Shown one piece after another: positions 57,297 to 64,000 of a stretch of 64,000 nt of DNA. Under the pieces are notes generated by a model. It did not search any database and was not told the DNA's origin. It saw only the letters and a program-made list of their open reading frames with translations. The position numbers and the translations under genes were made by a program. Source of the stretch: a bacterium (GTDB taxonomy: Bacteria; UBA8248; JACPRG01; G963555815); the NCBI GenBank assembly GCA_965261595.1, contig CBDHDG010000003.1, forward strand, positions 160,001 through 224,000, written 5' to 3'. Within the stretch, counting starts at the first letter, position 1. Every line of letters begins with the position of its first letter.

Positions 57297-58739
57297 GAGG
57301 GTGTCCCGAATTCAGTTGAAGGTTTGAGGCGGCGGTCCGTGTGTGGTTCACCTTATGCGACCTCCTCTCGGGTGTCAAAGCGGGGCTCGTCCAGAACGGC
57401 CTTCAGGATCCACAGGTCCCGGTAGCCGTCCAGGCGACGGAAGTTCTTCTCGGTGGCGAGGAAGGCGGAAGCGGCCCACCTTTTCACCATCGCCCCGTCC
57501 CGCCAGCGGCCGACGCGCCGGGTGCGCATCCGCACCCCCGAACAGGGACTCTCGATCAGGTTCGTGCTCACCAGGCAGCGCCGAAGGCCGGGCGGAAGAG
57601 CCAAGCGGTTGACGGTGAAGATCTCCTCCAGACCCTCCAAAAGGCTGGCGGCCGCGTCCGGATGCTCGATCTGAAGCCACCGGGCCTGCTTGCGCAGACG
57701 GGCAATCCCCTCCTTCGGCGCCAGCCGCCAGGCCGCCTTCATCGTCGCCTTCACCGGATCCTTCAACTCCTCGGGCAGGTGGTCCATCACGTTCTTCACC
57801 TTGTGGTTGCGGCACCGCTGCACCGGATTGTCGTCCCCGTACACCCGGTCAATCGCCGCACGAAGCGCCCTCGAGCCGTCGATGACAAAAAGCCGACGCC
57901 GCCCGGGCCGCACGCCGCGCTCCACCAACTCCTCAAGAAGCGCCGTCACGACCGTGGCGTTCTCGGTGGCGCCCGACCTCAGGCCCAGAACGTGCTTTTG
58001 GCCCCGTGTGTCCACCCCAACGGCCACGATGACGTGATGCGCGCCGAAGCGCAGACCGTCCAGGTAGAGGATGAGGAGGTCGATGTCGTCAAAACGCCGC
58101 TCACAAAGACGCCGCAGCTTCGCCTCGGCCGCCTCGATGCTCTCCCGGCTCACGGCCGACTTCGACACCCCCACCGTCTCGGCCAGCTCGGGAAGAACGG
58201 CCGCGTAGTTCCGCGTCGAGACCCCTCGCATCAGCAAATCCAGCATCCGCTCCCCCAGCCCGGGGTCGGCCTGCATGGCCGCATACGCCGGCACCTCCAC
58301 CTCCCCGCCCCGACCCTGGCCCCGGCGGCGAAGCCGCGGCTTTCTCACCTTCAGCTTGCGCCCCTTCAGGGTCACCCGGCCCCCCTGGCTGCCGTGCCGG
58401 CGGACCTCGCCACCCCGCTTGCCTGGATGCGGCGCGCCCGTCAAGCCCTTGGCCGACAGCAAAAGCACGGCCTCCAGGCCCGCCCGGCCCATGACGTCCA
58501 TCAGGTCCTCCACCGCCAGTTGGGACTGCTCCACCAGCGACACCAGAGGAAAAAACGCCTGCCCGTGCTCCGCCACAAAGGCGGCCAACCTTTGGGTCTC
58601 TTTCTTCTCGATGATCTGGTAAGCTTCACTCATGGCGGTTCCTCCTCTTTGAATGTTTGCCAACCCGATTCTAACCGAGTCGGCAGGAGTGAACCGCCAC
58701 CTCTTTTTCTCAACCTTCAACTATGAATGGGACAGGCTC
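57297..58739 (-). mobile_element. IS256-family element A, copy 2, nested in the IS1595 transposon
   Basis: 1443 bp with the same ends as 1425-2867 and an 8-bp TSD CGGAAGGC. Confidence 0.95.
57353..58633 (-). CDS. IS256-family transposase
   Basis: Differs from copy 1 at four visible amino-acid positions. Confidence 0.93.
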   Translation of the reverse strand: MSEAYQIIEKKETQRLAAFVAEHGQAFFPLVSLVEQSQLAVEDLMDVMGRAGLEAVLLLSAKGLTGAPHPGKRGGEVRRHGSQGGRVTLKGRKLKVRKPRLRRRGQGRGGEVEVPAYAAMQADPGLGERMLDLLMRGVSTRNYAAVLPELAETVGVSKSAVSRESIEAAEAKLRRLCERRFDDIDLLILYLDGLRFGAHHVIVAVGVDTRGQKHVLGLRSGATENATVVTALLEELVERGVRPGRRRLFVIDGSRALRAAIDRVYGDDNPVQRCRNHKVKNVMDHLPEELKDPVKATMKAAWRLAPKEGIARLRKQARWLQIEHPDAAASLLEGLEEIFTVNRLALPPGLRRCLVSTNLIESPCSGVRMRTRRVGRWRDGAMVKRWAASAFLATEKNFRRLDGYRDLWILKAVLDEPRFDTREEVA

Positions 58740-58828
58740 CGGAAGGCTTTTTTGGGTCTAGGCCAATCAGGCCCTTTTGTCAATCCTTCCTACTGCTTCC
58801 CGGCGTTATCCACCGCCCACAAAAGTGC

Positions 58829-58858
58829 TTGACACCCTTTGGGATTTGTTGGTACAAT
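58829..58858 (+). promoter_or_regulatory. Sigma70-type promoter of the IS1595 transposase
   Basis: TTGACA, 18-nt spacer, TACAAT, followed by RBS GGGAGG. Confidence 0.65.
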
Positions 58859-58883
58859 GGCCTCCTGAATGGGAGGAAGGGCA

Positions 58884-59840
58884 ATGGCTAAGAAGGGACC
58901 GGGCAAGCACTTCAGGCAAGGAATCACGACCCGTCAATTCTACTCTATGTTCGACGAGGCCACGGCGGAAGAGTGGTTCATCCAGCAGCGTTGGCCGAAC
59001 GGCGTCTGTTGCCCTGACTGCGGCTCGCTGAACGTCAACCTCAAATCCAAACACAAGACGATGCCTTTCCGTTGTCGGGAGAAGGGCTGCTACAAGCAGT
59101 TCAGCGTGAAGGTCGGAACCTTCATGCATTCCAGCCCGCTCGATTATGTCGATTGGCTCTATGTCCTGTATCTCGTATCAACGAACCTCAAGGGCGTTTC
59201 ATCCATGCGGTTGCACCGTGACCTGGGCCGGACACAGAAGACGGCCTGGCACGTTGCCCATCGGGTTCGGAAGCTCATGGATCAGGGCAAGCCGTTGTTC
59301 TCCGGCCCGGTCGAAGTCGATGAAACTTTCGTCGGCGGCAAGCGGAAGAACATGAGGCCGGAGAAGCGGAAAAGCTTGATGGGCCGGGGGGCGGTCGGTA
59401 AGGTTGCCGTTGCAGGGATGAGAGATCGGGCCACGGGACAGGTTTCCGCTCAACCTGTACCTGACACAACGGGCGAAACGTTGAGCGGGTTCATTGCGGA
59501 CCGGTCGGTTCCTGGGGTGAAGGTTTTCACCGATGACGCAGTAGCATACAAGCACCTCCCGAACCATGAGTCCGTAAAACATTCAGTTTCCGAATACGTC
59601 CGGGGGGACGTGCACACGAATGGCGTCGAATCCTTTTGGGCGGGATTCAAGCGGGGTCACTACGGAACGTTCCACCGGATGGGTCCGAAACATCTGCACC
59701 GATATGTCGATGAATTTGTCGGACGGCACAACATCCGCGACCTCGACACGCTGGACCAGATGGCGGCGATAGCCAAGAGGATGCACGGGACGCGGCCCAG
59801 CTACAAGGCTCTGGTGGAGGGTGTCCGAAAAGGGTCTTGA
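58884..59840 (+). CDS. IS1595-family (ISXO2-like) transposase
   Basis: Zinc ribbon CPDC...CREKGC, KGVSS, TAW, VEVDETFVGGK, FTDD, HTNGVESFW and HLHRYVDEF motifs. Confidence 0.93.
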   Translation: MAKKGPGKHFRQGITTRQFYSMFDEATAEEWFIQQRWPNGVCCPDCGSLNVNLKSKHKTMPFRCREKGCYKQFSVKVGTFMHSSPLDYVDWLYVLYLVSTNLKGVSSMRLHRDLGRTQKTAWHVAHRVRKLMDQGKPLFSGPVEVDETFVGGKRKNMRPEKRKSLMGRGAVGKVAVAGMRDRATGQVSAQPVPDTTGETLSGFIADRSVPGVKVFTDDAVAYKHLPNHESVKHSVSEYVRGDVHTNGVESFWAGFKRGHYGTFHRMGPKHLHRYVDEFVGRHNIRDLDTLDQMAAIAKRMHGTRPSYKALVEGVRKGS

Positions 59841-59946
59841 CACACTATGGCACATTGTGGCACCATCTTTAGAGCTGATGTTCGATTTGGGAGAGACTCA
59901 AGGCGAGCAGCTCAGAATGACACAAATCCATTGGGAGGTAACAGAA

Positions 59947-61584
59947 ATGTTGAAGCGGAAAATGTTCAACAGTTTCTTCGCCTTCGCCCTGGTCGCGGCG
60001 TTGGTCATGGCGGGCTGTGGCGGCGGAGGTGGTGGCAGCAACGGCACACCGCCGGAGATGGCGGGGCCAGGCACACCGCCGGAGATGGCGGGGCCAACAG
60101 ATGCAGAGAAGATCACCGCGGCGCAGGGCGCGGCCAAGACGGCCTACGAAGCGGCCAAGGCTGCGCTCGCGGCCGTTGAGGCGAACAAGGACGTTGATTT
60201 GGCTTCTCACACACGCGCCTCGGACGCCGTAGATGATGCAGAGGCCGCGAACGAGATGGCCAAGGCGGCCACCACGGCGGATGCAGCTGAAACCGCTCAG
60301 GGAGACGTAGAGGACGCCAGAGACAACGCCGTGAAGTACGCCGGCATGGTGACGATGGCGAAGATGGACGCGATGGACGCCAAGATGGCGGCTGATGCGT
60401 TGGCCGCGGCGAACAAGGTGGCGATGACGAAGAAGACGGCGATCATGACCGAGGAGACTGAGACGCCGGGCGATTCTTCGGGAGGCTTTGACGATACCGA
60501 CAGCGCTTACACCCTGATGATCGAGCACAAGGACGGCGCGGTCAAAACGACCATCACTGATCCGGCCCTTCCAGATGAGAACGACCCCAAGTTCATGCAG
60601 TCCGGCATGATGAACACGCGGACCAGGAGTGGCATGACGGAAGTGGTCGTCGTCCATACGGACATCGAGGCTCCCGACGCCGTGCCGTTCGGCGGGACCG
60701 ACTCAGGCTACAGCCTCACCGAAGACATCGATGACACGACAACAGCGCTGGACACTTACGTTGTTCTGCTTGAAGATGCCACCAAGCTCGGCGGTTCCGC
60801 GATAGTCCCAACCAAGGGAAGCGCTGGCACCAAAATCCTCACCCTTTATGATGCCGCCACTGAGGCTGGGAAAAAGACGTATAGAGGAAGCCTGGCCGAA
60901 GTGCCGGGGACATTCAGATGCAATGCAGGGACATGCACTGTCACAAGAGCCGACGATGCGGATGGGACCTTGACCATCACCGGTGGTGGAACGATCTGGT
61001 TCACACCGGACAGGGGCGCTACGGTGGACGTGGACGATGACGACTACCTGCACTACGGCCTCTGGGTGAAGAAGACCGTGAAGGAAGGCGTGACCACTTC
61101 TTACGACGCCGTCCAGACCTTCGCCGGTTCCAATCTGTCGGTCGCCGACGTTAGCGATATTGAGGGCACGGCTACGTATGAAGGCAATGCGGCCGGCGTG
61201 TACACGCACGACACGCTCGACGAAAGCGGGGACGTGGATGTATCCGGCGCCGGAACGTTTACGGCGGACGTTGCCTTGACGGCCTCTTTCGGAGGCTTTT
61301 CGGTCGCCCAAGATGACTTTGACACCATCAAGGGCACGGTATCGCGCTTCGAACTGTCCGGCGGCCAGGCCAACAACTGGAAGCTGGACCTGCCCAGCGC
61401 AGCAATCCAACCAGCTGATGGTACGTTCGGGGCCACGACTGATGTAGTATGGAGCGGGTCCCTCCACCAGCCTGATAACCATCCTGACGATGAAGCTCCG
61501 ACCGTGGCCGTGGGCGAGTTCAACGGTTCCTTCGTGAACGGCAAAGTGGCCGGAGCCTTCGGCGCGCGGAAGATGGAGGAGTAA
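59947..61584 (+). CDS. Acidic surface lipoprotein with an Ala-rich helical stalk and a C-terminal TbpB/fHbp-like beta-barrel
   Basis: Lipobox MAG-C followed by GGGGGGS, then DYLHYGLW, GTATYEGNAAGVY, FTADVALTASF and C-terminal VGEFNG...VAGAFGARK. Confidence 0.75.
   Translation: MLKRKMFNSFFAFALVAALVMAGCGGGGGGSNGTPPEMAGPGTPPEMAGPTDAEKITAAQGAAKTAYEAAKAALAAVEANKDVDLASHTRASDAVDDAEAANEMAKAATTADAAETAQGDVEDARDNAVKYAGMVTMAKMDAMDAKMAADALAAANKVAMTKKTAIMTEETETPGDSSGGFDDTDSAYTLMIEHKDGAVKTTITDPALPDENDPKFMQSGMMNTRTRSGMTEVVVVHTDIEAPDAVPFGGTDSGYSLTEDIDDTTTALDTYVVLLEDATKLGGSAIVPTKGSAGTKILTLYDAATEAGKKTYRGSLAEVPGTFRCNAGTCTVTRADDADGTLTITGGGTIWFTPDRGATVDVDDDDYLHYGLWVKKTVKEGVTTSYDAVQTFAGSNLSVADVSDIEGTATYEGNAAGVYTHDTLDESGDVDVSGAGTFTADVALTASFGGFSVAQDDFDTIKGTVSRFELSGGQANNWKLDLPSAAIQPADGTFGATTDVVWSGSLHQPDNHPDDEAPTVAVGEFNGSFVNGKVAGAFGARKMEE
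60043..60096 (+). repeat. 27-bp in-frame tandem repeat (GTPPEMAGP x2)
   Basis: GGCACACCGCCGGAGATGGCGGGGCCA occurs twice. Confidence 0.9.
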
Positions 61585-61623
61585 GGGGTAGACCGAACGG
61601 CCACAACATGACGAGCAACCAAG

Positions 61624-61661
61624 AAGGGGGGCCGTGTGGCAAACAAGCGCGGCTCCCCTTT
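61624..61661 (+). terminator. Probable terminator of the lipoprotein gene
   Basis: GGGGGCCGTG...CGCGGCTCCCC stem followed by TTT. Confidence 0.45.
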
Positions 61662-61681
61662 CATGTTCTGGAGGAATAGAC

Positions 61682-61854
61682 ATGGACCCCCAAGACTGGA
61701 TCATGTGGCTGTCGTAGTAGGGAACCTAGGATTCCTGTGGAACCTGCATCGGGATATGGCAGGTCTTCGCGAGCGGATGGCGAGTCTTGAGGGGAAGGTT
61801 GAAATCATGACGCAGGTTTTCTCCAATCATGTTGGGTTCAGAGCGGAAGCCTAG
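61682..61854 (+). pseudogene. Small single-TM plus coiled-coil protein, frameshifted
   Basis: RBS GGAGG and ATG give MDPQDWIM, which is out of frame with AVVVGNLGFLWNLHRDMAGLRERMASLEGKVEIM... Confidence 0.5.
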
Positions 61855-62068
61855 ACGCGCCACCCGTTGGGGGCGTCCCATCACGCGCTACCGTGAGTGG
61901 TGTGAGTACTGATTCCCGTTCGAGAGATTGAGTCCTCCCCACGGGAAGATGGAACCGATGAGGACGCCCCCTCGCTACTCCGTCCTATCGGGAAAGGAGG
62001 CTAAGCATGGGCTAACATCTGGATCGGTTTCAAGGTGTTTTTGAGGGGCTCATGTCGAGGGAGAAAGC

Positions 62069-62272
62069 ATGATGAGCGACAATCCTAAGAAGCGCACCGT
62101 TGAGCTGGTTCGTTCCACCTACCATCCGACGAAGCGCGAGAAGATGGAAGGTATCCCTCCGCTTTCAGATGACGCGCCGGAGGACATCACCGAGCGGATG
62201 GAGATGCTTGGGAAGGGTCTCACTGAGTCGGTGGATGTTCGCTGGATAGACAAGCCCAGGAACCGCCAGTAG
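62069..62272 (+). CDS. Small hypothetical passenger protein (67 aa)
   Basis: RBS GGGAG, ending 12 bp before the right TIR. Confidence 0.6.
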   Translation: MMSDNPKKRTVELVRSTYHPTKREKMEGIPPLSDDAPEDITERMEMLGKGLTESVDVRWIDKPRNRQ

Positions 62273-62307
62273 GCTCAGGCGGTGTGGGATTCAAGTATAT
62301 AATTCCC

Positions 62308-62421
62308 AAAGAAAAGATGACGCGGACCCGCGACATCATCACCAAGTTCATGAAATTGAAGGAAGTTATTCCCATCGACGATATTTATACGATGAAGTTT
62401 CTGCCGAAGCTCCTGCCCTGA
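62308..62421 (+). pseudogene. C-terminal fragment of the interrupted NMT1/THI5-like binding protein
   Basis: KEKMTRTRDIITKFMKLKEVIPIDDIYTMKFLPKLLP* aligns with REKVKRTRDLTTKYMKLKTVVPIDDIYTMKFLPKLFP of 54851. Confidence 0.88.
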
Positions 62422-62661
62422 CCGGGGAAGCTCCGGGGAGGAATTGCGGTTGCTGATTTCCGCCGCTTGATTCACGCGCCGGAGGGCGCGCCTCGCGCGC
62501 GCCCTCCGGATTGCGTTTCTCCTCCGTCTCTCCGCCCCCTTCTTCAATGCCGTTGAGTTGTATGTCCCCGGACCGCGGCGCCCCTGTCGCCGGGGGACGC
62601 GGCCCTCCCCCTCCCCCCCCCCGCGGACCCTCTCGCGACGCATCGAAACGCGGAAAAGCCT

Positions 62662-64000
62662 ATGGCCGGAAGCGTCATCGGAAGGTCGGTCCCCCGTGTC
62701 GACGGGCGCCCCAAGGTGACGGGGCGCGCGGATTACGTGGGGGACCTGAAACTGCCGGGCATGCTGCACGCCGCCGTGTTGAGAAGCCCGCACCCGCATG
62801 CGCGGTTGAAAAAGGTGGACGCCGGGGAGGCCCGGCGGGTCCCGGGCGTCCGGGCGGTCGTCACCGGGGCGTACCTTCTCCGGATGGACGATGTGCAGCC
62901 CCGCTACGGGCCCGCCTTCAAGGATCAGCCCATCGTCGCCATCGACAAGGTCCGCCACGTGGGCGAGGCGGTCGCCGCCGTGGCGGCCGACACGCGGGAG
63001 ACGGCCGATGAGGCCCTCGCCCGGGTCCGCGTCGAATACGAGCCCCTTCCCGCCGTGCACTCCGTCCTGGAAGCCGTCAAGCCGGACGCGCCGCTGGTGC
63101 ACGAGAAGGTGGAGTCCGCCAAGATCTTCGCCGACCTGGCCCATCTCAAGGGGGGCGGCTCCAATGTCATCCACCATTTCAAGCTCAGAACGGGCGACGC
63201 CGAAAAGGCCCTGTCCCAAGCGGCGCGGGTTTTTGAAGACGATTACGTTTCCCCTCCGGTCTCGCACGTGCACCTGGAGCCGCACGGCGTGGCGGCCCGG
63301 TGGGAGGCGGACGGACGGCTGACGGTCTGGTCTTCCACGCAGAGCCCTTCCGTCGTCCGGAGCGAGCTGGCCGCGATTTACGGGACGCCGATCAACCGGG
63401 TGAGGGTGATCGTCCCGTACGTGGGGGGCGCCTATGGGGGAAAGGTCTACAACAAGATTGAGCCGATCGCCTCGCTGCTGGCCAGACTGTCCGGGCGGCC
63501 CGTGCGGTTTGTTCTGAGCCGGGAGGAGGTCTTCGTCACCTCTTCCAAGCACGGGGCCGTCTGCCGGATGAAGACCGGCGTGTCCCGGGACGGAAGGATC
63601 ACCGCGCGGAAGGTCGAGGTCTATTACGACACGGGCGCGTTCGCCGAGATCGGGCCTCGCATCGCGTACAAGACGGGTTGCGTGGCCTCCGGCCCTTACC
63701 GGATCCCCAACATCCGGATCGATTCTTACTGCGTCTATACGAACAAGACGCCCTCCGGCCCGTTTCGGGGGTTCGGCGTTCCGCAGCTCGCCTTCGCCTA
63801 CGAAGCCCATATGGACAAGGTCGCGCATTACCTGGGACGCGATCCCGTCGAGCTCCGAAGGGAATACGCTTATCGGGAGGGCGACGTTTTCGCGACGGGA
63901 ACCCCCCTCACGAGCCTCGGCCTTCACGAGTCGCTGGACCGCTGCGCCGAGGCCATCGGATGGACGCCCGGCCCGGCGGCGCCCCCCTCGCCGCCGCCCG
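62662..64000 (+). CDS. Xanthine dehydrogenase-family molybdopterin-binding subunit (partial, runs off the window end)
   Basis: Not in the ORF track. MAGSVIGRSVPRVDGRPKVTG...LRSPHPHAR...HLEPH...STQ...GGAYGGK...PFRGFG. Confidence 0.92.
   Translation, partial: MAGSVIGRSVPRVDGRPKVTGRADYVGDLKLPGMLHAAVLRSPHPHARLKKVDAGEARRVPGVRAVVTGAYLLRMDDVQPRYGPAFKDQPIVAIDKVRHVGEAVAAVAADTRETADEALARVRVEYEPLPAVHSVLEAVKPDAPLVHEKVESAKIFADLAHLKGGGSNVIHHFKLRTGDAEKALSQAARVFEDDYVSPPVSHVHLEPHGVAARWEADGRLTVWSSTQSPSVVRSELAAIYGTPINRVRVIVPYVGGAYGGKVYNKIEPIASLLARLSGRPVRFVLSREEVFVTSSKHGAVCRMKTGVSRDGRITARKVEVYYDTGAFAEIGPRIAYKTGCVASGPYRIPNIRIDSYCVYTNKTPSGPFRGFGVPQLAFAYEAHMDKVAHYLGRDPVELRREYAYREGDVFATGTPLTSLGLHESLDRCAEAIGWTPGPAAPPSPPP

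Larger units (their letters stand above)
56920..62307 (+). mobile_element. IS1595-family transposon with passenger genes (about 3.9 kb without the nested IS256)
   Basis: Perfect 23-bp TIRs GGGAATTATATACTTGAATCCCA at 56920-56942 and 62285-62307, with an internal ISXO2-like transposase. Confidence 0.92.

Noticed and set aside
1425..58739. 57-kb composite transposon between the two IS256-A copies
   Set aside because: Each copy is flanked by its own distinct 8-bp TSD.
61955..61996. Hammerhead ribozyme (CCGATGAG...GAAA)
   Set aside because: The core deviates from CUGANGA and the required three-stem junction cannot be built.
1..64000. Taxonomic assignment of the host
   Set aside because: Gene content suggests a diderm, high-GC heterotroph, but no marker gene in the window allows a supported call.

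Overview
High-GC bacterial chromosomal window with no rRNA, tRNA or CRISPR array visible. Housekeeping genes (UvrD/PcrA helicase, TrkA/TrkH, DUF488) are followed by a long accessory catabolic and transport region. It holds three stand-alone xanthine dehydrogenase-family Mo subunits, two hydantoinase A/B (ATP-dependent lactamase) pairs, a class III aminotransferase, a ComD/ComE-like TPP decarboxylase, adenine deaminase, a luciferase-like monooxygenase, a Liv-type ABC operon, several orphan NMT1/SsuA-type binding proteins, four tandem EamA genes, and a cytochrome c plus radical SAM pair with a perfect Rex-type operator upstream. The mobilome is dense: two different IS256-family elements in two copies each (8-bp TSDs), an IS3-family element with a duplicated right end, an IS1595 end at the window start, RAYT (Y1/HUH) remnants bounded by a conserved AAGTATGGTGTCC motif, and a two-copy TA-flanked MITE carrying a REP-like core. 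The most notable items are (i) a 5.4-kb IS1595-family cargo transposon (56920-62307, perfect 23-bp TIRs) that replaced about 240 codons of a binding-protein gene and carries a surface lipoprotein, small ORFs and a candidate structured RNA, and (ii) an unexplained tandem ~96-nt structured repeat with covarying GCAA hairpins and variable inner segments (39174-39397). All family assignments come from motif recognition by eye; no database search was run.
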